Virus record (IMG/VR): IMGVR_UViG_3300032053_000036
Location: 1-64,000 of that record
Origin: a virus
Taxonomy: Duplodnaviria; Heunggongvirae; Uroviricota; Caudoviricetes; Crassvirales
DNA: 64,000 nt
Direction: 5' to 3' (one strand)
The position numbers and the translations under genes are program-made. Numbering within the stretch: the first letter of the stretch is position 1; every line of letters starts with the position of its first letter. Below, in pieces: positions 1-7,930 of this stretch. Below the pieces are notes generated by a model. It saw only the letters and a list, made by a program, of their open reading frames with translations, was not told where the DNA came from and did no database searches.

Positions 1-30
1 CCTGATGGTGGGTCAATAATTAGTGCCATA

Positions 31-120
31 ATGGAAAATTTTCTATGAATTTAAGCTTTTAGTGGAAAATATTCTTACTAATTCTTTTTTAGTGGAAAAA
101 TATCTTGATTTTAATTGTTC
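31..120. repeat. Degenerate 30-bp direct repeat x3 (iteron-like): (A/G)TGGAAAAT(A)TTCT... starting at 31, 61 and 91.
   Basis: Three units start exactly 30 nt apart. They share the core (A)GTGGAAAA(T)AT(T)CTT and T-rich 3' halves, and they are non-coding. Confidence 0.5.
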
Positions 121-156
121 TCTATAAAATGGCACTAAACTCATTTTACTGCCAAG

Positions 157-435
157 TTATAGTTGTTTTAATTGTTCTCTATACCATTTAGCACAATCCA
201 TAAATCCACTATTATAATGTGGTGTTTCATATCTACTTTTTATTTCTTTCTCTATTTCTTCATCTGATATTTCAAGTTTACTACAATTTGTAGCCATCTC
301 TTGCTTGTGCATTTCTTTGGCTTTTTCAAATATGTTAGGTTGTAATATTGTACCTCTACTATTTATTTCTGCCATTAATTTAAAGTAATACTTTGAAGTT
401 TTTATTTCTGCTATTAACCATTCTATTGATGTCAT
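157..435 (-). CDS. Hypothetical small protein (92 aa).
   Basis: Intact ORF in the co-directional leftward gene array. No motif recognised. Confidence 0.45.
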   Translation of the reverse strand: MTSIEWLIAEIKTSKYYFKLMAEINSRGTILQPNIFEKAKEMHKQEMATNCSKLEISDEEIEKEIKSRYETPHYNSGFMDCAKWYREQLKQL

Positions 436-446
436 TTGTTTAAGTT

Positions 447-713
447 TTAATGGTTTAAAAGTTTAGCATATTCTTTACCCTTGCCATCAGGTTGTACTAT
501 AACACACCAGTCAAATTCTACATCAGGATAGGCAGCTATTCTAGCCTCTATATTATCAAACACTTGTGCATCTTTGTTTATTTGTTTGACATCATCTGGA
601 TGTAATGAATATTGGGTTCCATGTTCCACTATTGTGTCACACTCTGGTGTCTCTTCTGAGACAACTCTAACTACCCATTCTCCACTAATTGTTTTATGTA
701 TTTTACCTTTCAT
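447..713 (-). CDS. Hypothetical small protein (88 aa).
   Basis: Intact ORF, tightly spaced with its neighbours on the minus strand. Confidence 0.45.
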   Translation of the reverse strand: MKGKIHKTISGEWVVRVVSEETPECDTIVEHGTQYSLHPDDVKQINKDAQVFDNIEARIAAYPDVEFDWCVIVQPDGKGKEYAKLLNH

Positions 714-907
714 AGTTTAAATTTATTTGATTATTAGTACTTATAGTACCATTTTGTTTACTTTTTTAAACTGTTTACGTTTTTGTAAACATTTTTACTG
801 GGTAGTTTTCTGTGCAGGTTTCTGTGTAGTTTTTTGCACAAAGTGCTGTTTTTCGACACCTTGTGCAAAATGTTGATTATTTTCAACATTCCTTTGTATA
901 ATGTGTA

Positions 908-1108
908 TTATATTACACATTTTCCTTTGAATAATGTGTCCTTTAAGGTACACTGGTCACAAAATTGAACTGGTAGGTGGTCTATTTCTCCTCTAATGTA
1001 TTGTATTTCCTCAGGAGTGGACTCATGTCCTTCCTTTATTATCTTTCTACATTTAGAGCAAAGAATAGCACCTCTACCACCATTGAATTTTACGATTGCT
1101 TTTTTCAT
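908..1108 (-). CDS. Small Cys-rich zinc-ribbon protein (66 aa).
   Basis: Two CxxC pairs (CSKC...CDQC) separated by about 35 aa with conserved His residues. Its stop is 1 nt from the start of the next ORF. Confidence 0.45.
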   Translation of the reverse strand: MKKAIVKFNGGRGAILCSKCRKIIKEGHESTPEEIQYIRGEIDHLPVQFCDQCTLKDTLFKGKCVI

Positions 1109-1109
1109 G

Positions 1110-1655
1110 TTATTCTATTTTAGCTGTTGAATCAGCAGCTTTTAATGAATCAAGTCTTTGGTTATATGAATTTATAATGCTGTCCAACTGTTCCTGTGTA
1201 AGTAATGGAATCATTGGGGCTATTGTATCTTTCTTTACCTGGTATATAGTGTCAGGCTTTGCTATAATAGGACCATATTTCCATTCATCATACTTTCCTA
1301 GAACATAATCCATCCCTTTATCAAAGAATGTTTCACGATCATTATCTTCATTTGATGCAGATGTTGTAACAAGAGAAGAATGAAACAACATGTAAGTTAG
1401 GCACGACATAAAGAATATAGTCATTAATATTGTTTTAAGTTCATGCAGCCAACCATCATATCTCATTAAGTATTTAGGTTCTATATCCTCTCTACCTCTC
1501 CACACATCTCTTATAATCATCCACCATTTCATTTTAAACTCCTTTGGGTTGATTATTGGAAGAGTTTTTTTCTTATCCCATCCTTCAGGCTTACCATATT
1601 CAAATTTCTTTGTTGTGGTTTCCTCTGTTGTGTATATATTCTCTGGCTTGTTCAT
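1110..1655 (-). CDS. Membrane-anchored protein with a single predicted TM helix (181 aa).
   Basis: Hydrophobic stretch ILMTIFFMSCLTYMLF flanked by charged regions. Confidence 0.45.
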   Translation of the reverse strand: MNKPENIYTTEETTTKKFEYGKPEGWDKKKTLPIINPKEFKMKWWMIIRDVWRGREDIEPKYLMRYDGWLHELKTILMTIFFMSCLTYMLFHSSLVTTSASNEDNDRETFFDKGMDYVLGKYDEWKYGPIIAKPDTIYQVKKDTIAPMIPLLTQEQLDSIINSYNQRLDSLKAADSTAKIE

Positions 1656-1666
1656 AATTGTAATGT

Positions 1667-2008
1667 TTAAACTTCTTCTAATTGTGTTTGTTTTAGTAAT
1701 TCATCCATAGAGAACGCTGTGTTATTACAATCTTTAATCATTTGCATTAGCAGTAATAAGTTTTCATGTGTGAATGCAAATCTACTTGCTGCAAAATACT
1801 CATAAGGAAGACAGCAATCATCTAGTGCTATCTCATCAAGATGAACTCCTAGTGCTTGTGAAGGAATGCTCCACACTGTATATATAATGTAATAGGTTTC
1901 TCCCTTCTTCACCCATTTATCAACAGGAATCTCTTTAGGTCTTTTAGTGTCATCAATACATATTGCTTCTATCATAATGTGCAAATTTAAGAAATAAAAA
2001 CCCCTCAT
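1667..2008 (-). CDS. Hypothetical protein. The true start is probably the internal Met (MIEAICIDD, about 1975), because the annotated ATG lies inside the terminator hairpin.
   Basis: ORF track, plus a hairpin/terminator at 1994-2020 that overlaps the first codons. Confidence 0.4.
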   Translation of the reverse strand: MRGFYFLNLHIMIEAICIDDTKRPKEIPVDKWVKKGETYYIIYTVWSIPSQALGVHLDEIALDDCCLPYEYFAASRFAFTHENLLLLMQMIKDCNNTAFSMDELLKQTQLEEV

Positions 2009-2026
2009 GTAGAAACATAAGGGGAA
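1994..2026 (-). terminator. Rho-independent terminator downstream of the outer-membrane protein gene.
   Basis: Minus-strand hairpin CCCCTTATG-TTTCTA-CATGAGGGG (9 bp, 1 mismatch) followed by TTTTTATTTCTT. Confidence 0.45.
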
Positions 2027-2073
2027 TCAAAAAAAAATGAATATAAAAATCTATTACAAATATAATATAAATA

Positions 2074-2553
2074 TTACAAAGTGTATGCCACTACTAATGC
2101 AATGGTTTTAACAGGGTTTGTTTTCTCAACAATACTAATATAACGTGCATCAACATTAACATGATTCATTTTAACTCCTATGAATGGAGCAAATGAGAAT
2201 GATGTTGTACCATTGTCTTTCTTGTTATAAAATGATAATCCTGCTGAAGAACCAAAATAGGCACTCTCATTAACAAAATACTTTAGTCCAACCATCATTG
2301 GTACTGTAGCAAAGTTTGTCTCAGGATCAGCCTTGAAACGTACATAACCAAAGTCTACAATACCTGTAAACTTGTTATTATACTTTGTACTCACTTGAAA
2401 CCATGTAGAACCAAGATTTACATGTACTTTCTCACTGTTAGCGTCTGTAGGAAGTGCTGTTACAAGACCTACACTAAGGTTTGGCTTTTGTAATTTCTGT
2501 GCGTATGATGCAAATGATGCAAATGATGCAATAATAAGAACTAATTTCTTCAT
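2074..2553 (-). CDS. Secreted outer-membrane beta-barrel-like protein (159 aa) with a Sec signal peptide.
   Basis: N-terminus MKKLVLIIASFASFASYAQK is a Bacteroidota-style signal peptide. The remainder alternates aromatic and hydrophobic residues (FGYVRF, VGLKYFV, SFYNKK, ALVVAYTL), typical of small 8-strand OMPs. Confidence 0.5.
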   Translation of the reverse strand: MKKLVLIIASFASFASYAQKLQKPNLSVGLVTALPTDANSEKVHVNLGSTWFQVSTKYNNKFTGIVDFGYVRFKADPETNFATVPMMVGLKYFVNESAYFGSSAGLSFYNKKDNGTTSFSFAPFIGVKMNHVNVDARYISIVEKTNPVKTIALVVAYTL

Positions 2554-2577
2554 GTTTTAAAATTTTAGATGACAAAT

Positions 2578-2796
2578 TTAATATTTTTCTTTGATTTCAA
2601 GCAAAATAACATTCCTATTTATAACTTGGAGTGCTTTTCCTTCTTTCTCTGTATATATGAGCTGTCTAGCTCTTTTGGCTGTTAAGCCTCTAAAACCATA
2701 ATCAAATGGTGTATCTTCAAGCCTTACAGGCTCTTCTGTAAGAAGAGAGATGTAATTAACATACACATCTCTCTCCATTGCATAGAATCTTCTCAT
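2578..2796 (-). CDS. Hypothetical protein (72 aa).
   Basis: Intact ORF. Its start overlaps the upstream stop (ATGA-type coupling). Confidence 0.4.
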   Translation of the reverse strand: MRRFYAMERDVYVNYISLLTEEPVRLEDTPFDYGFRGLTAKRARQLIYTEKEGKALQVINRNVILLEIKEKY

Positions 2797-3017
2797 TATT
2801 TTGTTCTTTTAAACCTAACAACAAATTGTTTATACTCTTCTGAAGGAGCATAAAAGTATTTATGTTTGGTGATTGTCAATCTATTAGACTTTCTGCCTGT
2901 ATGAGCAAATATTCTATCTATAAGACAAAATGAATTAGCAGTGTTGTCTAGGACTAAAATGTTGTCTCTAGAATGGTCTCTACTACACCATTCTAAACGT
3001 GTGCTTTTAATACGCAT
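2796..3017 (-). CDS. Hypothetical basic protein (73 aa).
   Basis: Intact ORF in an operon-like array. Confidence 0.4.
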   Translation of the reverse strand: MRIKSTRLEWCSRDHSRDNILVLDNTANSFCLIDRIFAHTGRKSNRLTITKHKYFYAPSEEYKQFVVRFKRTK

Positions 3018-3037
3018 GGTTGTGGGGTTTTAATTGT

Positions 3038-3796
3038 TTACATTGTTTTGAACATTTCAAATAGTCTACCTGATTCTTGTGTAGCAAGAGCAAACCTGGT
3101 TTTATTTCTTTTTATCTTCTTGATGAATAGATCATGATCATATGAACTTATAGATCTTCTAAATTTAACATACTCACTACACAAATATCTATTCTCAAAT
3201 CTGCTCATACGATTAACAATCTTTAAAAGATCTGTTAATTGCTTAACTATTTCTACGTTTTGTTTCTCATCTATAATTCTGAATTCTCCTCTTTTTATCT
3301 TTCTTGAGGTTGATCCACCAGATCCTGCCATTCCTCCAGATAGGATATCAGCAAGGATACTGAACTCAAAATCATAAGTAGATTGATATTCGTTTAGCTT
3401 TATATAATCCTCAATCAAAGATGCCCATGCTGTAACATAATCTTGTATAGACCAATTCTTAGAACTTGCATTTAATAAAGCAAGAACCTCAATTAATTCT
3501 TTAGGATCTTTAATAGGAATAAGTACGTATGGAATATCTACGTTGTTCCTAAGGCATGCAGTGAACATGTGCTGACCATCAATTATATACTTGGTCATTC
3601 TTCCTGTAATAAAACTTAGTTCAGCAACAATTACAGGTCTCAATATATCTATTTTGCTAATAGACTCAGCAATAGGATTTACATGAGATGAAACGATTGG
3701 TCTGTTTATACCAGACAAAATACTTAACGCTTTTTTAGAACCTGCTTTCAACCATTTAATGTTTCTTAATGGTGATTTACTTAATAATGCTTTCAT
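3038..3796 (-). CDS. ParB/sulfiredoxin-fold protein with a DGQH motif (252 aa); ParB-like nuclease or DndB-like DNA-binding family.
   Basis: Segment KYIIDGQHMFTACLRNNVDIPYVLIP matches the ParBc/DGQHR-type core (Y-h-h-DGxH-x-x-A-x9-IP). There is a basic C-terminal half. Confidence 0.5.
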   Translation of the reverse strand: MKALLSKSPLRNIKWLKAGSKKALSILSGINRPIVSSHVNPIAESISKIDILRPVIVAELSFITGRMTKYIIDGQHMFTACLRNNVDIPYVLIPIKDPKELIEVLALLNASSKNWSIQDYVTAWASLIEDYIKLNEYQSTYDFEFSILADILSGGMAGSGGSTSRKIKRGEFRIIDEKQNVEIVKQLTDLLKIVNRMSRFENRYLCSEYVKFRRSISSYDHDLFIKKIKRNKTRFALATQESGRLFEMFKTM

Positions 3797-3828
3797 TGTT
3801 TTAATTTTTGATTTCTATGTTTATAAAA

Positions 3829-3866
3829 TTGTTTAAAAAGAAAATGTGCCCAGTTTCCCAGGCACA
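3829..3866 (-). terminator. Rho-independent terminator.
   Basis: Minus-strand hairpin TGTGCC-(10 nt)-GGCACA followed by TTTTCTTTTT. Confidence 0.45.
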
Positions 3867-3892
3867 TAATTCTCATCCATCCCCATAATATT

Positions 3893-4033
3893 TTATCTAT
3901 GGTGTATTCTTGAACTTACATTAAACTGTCTACACCATTGGTTATACTCTCGTACATTGAATGGTCTTTCAGTTGGTGTTAATTTGTTTAGCTGTAGGTC
4001 ATTGTTCTTTGGCTTAATGCCAAATAGTCTCAT
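3893..4033 (-). CDS. Possible small basic protein (about 46 aa, MRLFGIKPK...). The longer poly-Met version (to 4168) is probably an artefact.
   Basis: The ORF-track entry 3893..4168 overlaps the acidic-protein gene in another frame. Only the distal part is non-overlapping. Confidence 0.2.
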   Translation of the reverse strand: MRLFGIKPKNNDLQLNKLTPTERPFNVREYNQWCRQFNVSSRIHHR

Positions 4034-4046
4034 CAAAAGACTTTGT

Positions 4047-4592
4047 TTAATCTTGGTCATAAAGATTGTTTTTTGGATTAGTAAATTGATTTTCCCATTC
4101 ATCATTAGAACTTGGTGGTAAGTATTCTTCATCATCATCAAAGAAATATTCAACATCATCATCATCATTCTCTTCCTCTAGAGGATGACTTAGGATTGCT
4201 TTGTCTTGTATGAATAGAGGAATAGGAAATCCTCTAACATCATATTCATCATCTTCCACCTCTATATCAACACGACAATCATTGTCTAAGATTTGATTTA
4301 TCTCTTTAGATGTAATATCATATAGCTCATCAGACTGTTCTCCTACATCCCACCATCCTATTTGATGTGGATAGGCAATTATATAATCCTCATCAAGATT
4401 TTTATTACCTTCTAGTATTATATATGGATCTACAGGATAACCATTGAGTTGTAGATATGCATCTACATCAATTGGCATAACAGTCAATTGGAATATAACC
4501 ATGTCTTTATTCTGTCTAACAAGGAACAACATACCTCTTTCAAGTCTTAGAGGCTTGTATGATTTAAATATTAGCTTACCTGTGATGTGCAT
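4047..4592 (-). CDS. Highly acidic protein (181 aa); candidate DNA-mimic / anti-restriction-like protein.
   Basis: D/E-rich along its whole length, for example LEEENDDDDVEYFFDDDEEYL and DIEVEDDEYDV, with aromatic residues interspersed as in Ocr/ArdA-type mimics. Confidence 0.45.
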   Translation of the reverse strand: MHITGKLIFKSYKPLRLERGMLFLVRQNKDMVIFQLTVMPIDVDAYLQLNGYPVDPYIILEGNKNLDEDYIIAYPHQIGWWDVGEQSDELYDITSKEINQILDNDCRVDIEVEDDEYDVRGFPIPLFIQDKAILSHPLEEENDDDDVEYFFDDDEEYLPPSSNDEWENQFTNPKNNLYDQD

Positions 4593-4803
4593 ATTAATGT
4601 GTTTTAATTGATGGCTGTGCGTACAATGATGTACTATATCTCATAGCCTTTTTAATTTCTCTGTGTGTAGGCTTATGAGCAATTTGTCTTGTACAGCTGA
4701 GCATTGTTAAAAATAATAGATATTTCATTGATTTCAAAATTTTAATGATGTGGAATCCCCTACGCTCATAAGAGTTTCAGGGATGACCCACACACATAAT
4801 TAT

Positions 4804-4965
4804 TTATTGTGAATTAATACGTTTAACCATTTTGTTCCATGTCTGTTTAGGTGCTCCATGTCCACAACCATATTTATTAGCTGAGCATGAAGATAGAATG
4901 CAACAAACAATTAGTCCTATGACTAATGATAGCATAATTAATAACTTTTTTAATGAATCTGTCAT
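4804..4965 (-). CDS. Small lipoprotein (53 aa), not in the ORF track because it is under 60 aa.
   Basis: Manual translation gives MTDSLKKLLIMLSLVIGLIVCCILSSCSANKYGCGHGAPKQTWNKMVKRINSQ. This is a hydrophobic signal followed by a lipobox-like LSSC, and it starts immediately after a terminator. Confidence 0.4.
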   Translation of the reverse strand: MTDSLKKLLIMLSLVIGLIVCCILSSCSANKYGCGHGAPKQTWNKMVKRINSQ

Positions 4966-4992
4966 TTTAATTGATTTAAATTGTTTAATAAA

Positions 4993-5021
4993 TGAAAAAA
5001 GCCCAGTGTAGAAACACCAGG
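4993..5021 (-). terminator. Rho-independent terminator after the small membrane-protein gene.
   Basis: Minus-strand hairpin CCTGGTGT-TTCT-ACACTGGG (8 bp, 2 G.U) followed by CTTTTTTCATTT. Confidence 0.5.
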
Positions 5022-5051
5022 CGATTATTTATATCCATACCTATTAAAACT

Positions 5052-5240
5052 CTATTTTTTAGCCTTGGTGAACGAATCAAACCAAGCTATTGTTATCAAG
5101 GAACCAAATATGCAAACTGTTAATACAATAATTGCATTAGTTCTTGTACATGGCATAACGCATGTTAATGCCAAAGATACAGCAATAAAGAAGAAGAATG
5201 ATGCTGCTGTCATTAATAAATAAAATGATTTCTTTCCCAT
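5052..5240 (-). CDS. Small membrane protein with two predicted TM helices (62 aa).
   Basis: LLMTAASFFFFIAVSLALTCV and IIVLTVCIFGSLITIAWF. Confidence 0.45.
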   Translation of the reverse strand: MGKKSFYLLMTAASFFFFIAVSLALTCVMPCTRTNAIIVLTVCIFGSLITIAWFDSFTKAKK

Positions 5241-5260
5241 GTTATGTGAGTTTTTAGGGA

Positions 5261-5758
5261 TTAATTAATTTGTTTTCTTTTGTATATGACAAAATAACCT
5301 TTTTCGTTAGGTGTTACTTCTGATATTCTTTCAAACACACCCTCACCAAATACTTTTGTAACAGCAAGGTCAGAATCTGTCCAATCTAATTCTGGGTTAT
5401 ATCTACAAGATATTCCTCCATAATCACATTCAAGAAGAAGGCCATCTGCATCAGATTCAAATATAAGTGTTTCTTCTAATGCTCTAGATGTACTTGCAAT
5501 GATGTATTCAGGATTGTCAGAACGAGATTGTTCCATCTCTTGATCTGCAGACATCATTGCATCACGTAACTGTCTCTCTTCATCTATTGTATCCTGACAA
5601 TCCTCAGGCCATTGATTCTGTCCATATTCAACATCGTAATACTTGTTAATTTGAGCATCATTAAATGCATCCATTGCTCTTTGATATGTCTCTGCATATT
5701 CAAGAACTTCTTCGATGGTAACTACACCATCAGTGAGGAGTTTTTTAATTGTTTCCAT
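5261..5758 (-). CDS. Second highly acidic protein (165 aa); candidate DNA mimic or anti-defence protein.
   Basis: Strongly negative throughout (EDCQDTIDEERQ, DQEMEQSRSDNPEY, ELDWTDSDL). Confidence 0.45.
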   Translation of the reverse strand: METIKKLLTDGVVTIEEVLEYAETYQRAMDAFNDAQINKYYDVEYGQNQWPEDCQDTIDEERQLRDAMMSADQEMEQSRSDNPEYIIASTSRALEETLIFESDADGLLLECDYGGISCRYNPELDWTDSDLAVTKVFGEGVFERISEVTPNEKGYFVIYKRKQIN

Positions 5759-6011
5759 TTTCGTGTATGATTTTTACTTGTTCTATTGGAATATTCCTGA
5801 TATTAAGCCAAGATAATATTCTGCTTAATCTATCCACCTTGATAACATCATCTACATCTCTATCATATAGAGAATATATTTCTGTGCTATTACCAAAATG
5901 GTGTTCGTATTTCACTACATATCTATATTTCTCTGCTTCTATAGATTGTTCTAATTCCTTGAGAAGCTCTAATTGCTTCTCAAGTTTCTCTTTAATAAGA
6001 TTAATAGCCAT
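5745..6011 (-). CDS. Coiled-coil protein (88 aa).
   Basis: Heptad-like N-terminus LIKEKLEKQLELLKELEQSIEAEK. Confidence 0.4.
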   Translation of the reverse strand: MAINLIKEKLEKQLELLKELEQSIEAEKYRYVVKYEHHFGNSTEIYSLYDRDVDDVIKVDRLSRILSWLNIRNIPIEQVKIIHENGNN

Positions 6012-6237
6012 TGTTATTAGTTTTATTGTGATTTAATTTAATATCCTCATCTACCATTTCTATTATAAAGCCTATTAGGCATACATACATAAACCAATAG
6101 ATGATGGAAACACCCCAGAAATTACCATTCTGAAATACCTCATAAGGATTAAATGCAAATCCTGTCAATATAAAACCCATCCACACTAATAGGAAGGGTA
6201 ATGCTGCAAATGTTATTGCTATATACAACTTTCTCAT
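6001..6237 (-). CDS. Small membrane protein with two predicted TM helices (78 aa).
   Basis: ITFAALPFLLVWMGFILTGFAF and IIYWFMYVCLIGFIIEM. Confidence 0.45.
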   Translation of the reverse strand: MRKLYIAITFAALPFLLVWMGFILTGFAFNPYEVFQNGNFWGVSIIYWFMYVCLIGFIIEMVDEDIKLNHNKTNNNGY

Positions 6238-6294
6238 TGTTTAAAATTTATGACAACCCAATATATTTCAATTGGGCTGTCTTATTAGTTAATA

Positions 6295-6588
6295 TTAATA
6301 CCTTTTGAAGTTTATGTATTTTGTAACACTATTATTACATTGCTCCTTCCAAGCCTTGTTAACAAGATATTCTTCCTTCATCCTTGGTGTAGCAAGAATA
6401 ACAATAGGACAATAGTCTGTTTCCATCAATGCATAGTCTTCAGGATTGAATGTTTCAGACATTTGTGGTGTAAACCTACCTGGATTATACGTTGTGTATT
6501 TACCTTCTGAAAGGTTAAGAACAACAACTTTACCATTTACTAATTTGTTTAAGCAGTTTAGTTCTGCTAACAGTGTAATCTTTTTCAT
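6295..6588 (-). CDS. Hypothetical protein (97 aa).
   Basis: Intact ORF. Confidence 0.4.
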   Translation of the reverse strand: MKKITLLAELNCLNKLVNGKVVVLNLSEGKYTTYNPGRFTPQMSETFNPEDYALMETDYCPIVILATPRMKEEYLVNKAWKEQCNNSVTKYINFKRY

Positions 6589-6606
6589 GTGTGTGTGAAT
6601 TTGATT

Positions 6607-6960
6607 TTATAAAAATTGATTAATTACTTGCATTATGCACAAGACAAACTTACTATCAACAGGAACAAGAAATGTATTTGCTATACTATGAGCAATTACA
6701 GCAGGTTTAATTCCTTCTCTAAGCATTAGTTTTCTATGTGCTTTATATTCTCCTTCATATGTACAATCAAGGAATATCTTTCTATTGTCTATAGATAGAT
6801 ATGGTTTATCATACGTATCAATGAATATTGTTGTCTCCATGTTATTTAATTTATGTGTGAATAATAATGTCCCCTCTGCACACAGATGTGTATAATAGAT
6901 ATAACACAAGTTTCTATGACAAGCATAGTCTGTATTGTGTAACGATATTTCACTGTTCAT
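6607..6960 (-). CDS. Hypothetical protein. The start may be the internal Met at about 6840.
   Basis: Intact ORF. The N-terminal 40 aa are Cys/His/Tyr-rich and atypical. Confidence 0.35.
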   Translation of the reverse strand: MNSEISLHNTDYACHRNLCYIYYTHLCAEGTLLFTHKLNNMETTIFIDTYDKPYLSIDNRKIFLDCTYEGEYKAHRKLMLREGIKPAVIAHSIANTFLVPVDSKFVLCIMQVINQFL

Positions 6961-7099
6961 CTATTATTACATCTGTCCACCCTTGGGAACTAATCACTCC
7001 AGATTACTCTGTGTTGCATATCAGTCCTTTATACGACTAATGGTGTGATTAGGCAGTTTTTACCTGCGTGGATTGTGGTGCATTAAACAAATGGGCCTA

Positions 7100-7291
7100 T
7101 TACAGCCCATATATTATCGACTCTAAACCTAAATCATTACATATGTTAAAAGTATTCCTACTAGTCATAATTGTTTCTGTATTACCACTAGGCTGTATAA
7201 GTATAACCTTTACATCCTTAATGTCAGAACCTTTCATTAATGATATGTCATTGTATGAGAAACTAGTTCCCTTTACTACTAATGTTTCCAT
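7100..7291 (-). CDS. Possible small ORF (63 aa).
   Basis: It overlaps an equally weak plus-strand ORF (7068..7319). I chose minus only because of the neighbouring gene direction. Confidence 0.15.
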   Translation of the reverse strand: METLVVKGTSFSYNDISLMKGSDIKDVKVILIQPSGNTETIMTSRNTFNICNDLGLESIIYGL

Positions 7292-7440
7292 GTTATTGCT
7301 ATATATTTTGTTTGAATAATTGTTTCTGAGTATTGTAATTTATTGGTCTTAAGGGCTAAGTGAGTATACTGCACTCTGTTTATCAATGAGTTATGAATAT
7401 TCCCACCCAAATGAGCCACGTACATTGCTCCCACCCTTAT

Positions 7441-7475
7441 ATACGAAAAAGAAAGAGGGACAAAGTCCCCCTTTC
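7441..7475 (-). terminator. Strong rho-independent terminator after the GC-rich gene.
   Basis: Minus-strand hairpin GAAAGGGGGAC-TTT-GTCCCTCTTTC (11-bp stem) followed by TTTTTCGTAT, 18 nt past the stop. Confidence 0.6.
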
Positions 7476-7492
7476 GAGAATTGCGTCAGCAA

Positions 7493-7930
7493 TTAGACAG
7501 AAGCATTAGCCAATGTGCTGACATCACTTGTGGTTAAGCCACGAGAAGATGCAATCTTAGTGGTCTCGTGTTGAATCTCTTGTTCCAAGAGGTTCTCTTC
7601 AACGTGAGCACCAATAAGTTGTGTCTTCTTAGTGAAGACAGACAAGGCAGTAAGACGTGTCATTGTGTTAGAGCCATCAGCAAAAGGAATAGAATTCCCT
7701 TGGTCGTCTTTTCTTGCATTGAAGGTTTTAATTTCAGCAATGCAGAAAAGAGGATTGTCAACTGTGATAGGGTTTGTGCCCTTCACTTTGTCTGTGCCAA
7801 TCATTTCATTGGTCAGACCAAGTGATGTTAGTTGACGAGAGTAGATGTGAATTCTTTCGCCTTTTGATGTGTAGGCAGACACGTTACCCTTGTCTGTGCA
7901 AGTGGCAGAAGTGATGATGTAATTTTTCAT
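7493..7930 (-). CDS. Hypothetical protein (145 aa) in a GC-rich, moron-like cassette.
   Basis: It has the longest intergenic region upstream and its own terminator. Its GC looks about 10 points above its neighbours. CCCACCC motifs flank it. Confidence 0.5.
   Translation of the reverse strand: MKNYIITSATCTDKGNVSAYTSKGERIHIYSRQLTSLGLTNEMIGTDKVKGTNPITVDNPLFCIAEIKTFNARKDDQGNSIPFADGSNTMTRLTALSVFTKKTQLIGAHVEENLLEQEIQHETTKIASSRGLTTSDVSTLANASV

Noticed and set aside
1096-1308. Plus-strand ORFs in the leftward module (also 5749..6036, 7068..7319, 7568..7825, 7632..7835).
   Set aside because: They oppose a coherent minus-strand array and overlap its better ORFs. They have hydrophobic low-complexity translations.
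3893-4168. ORF beginning MMMMML.
   Set aside because: The 5' part overlaps the acidic-protein gene out of frame, and the poly-Met start is implausible. Only a possible short distal ORF is retained, at low confidence.
4600-4800. Possible tRNA-like GGAATCCCC segment.
   Set aside because: No complementary acceptor or T stems. It is better explained as a promoter or 5' leader of the acidic-protein gene. A 36-codon upstream ORF there is too weak to call.
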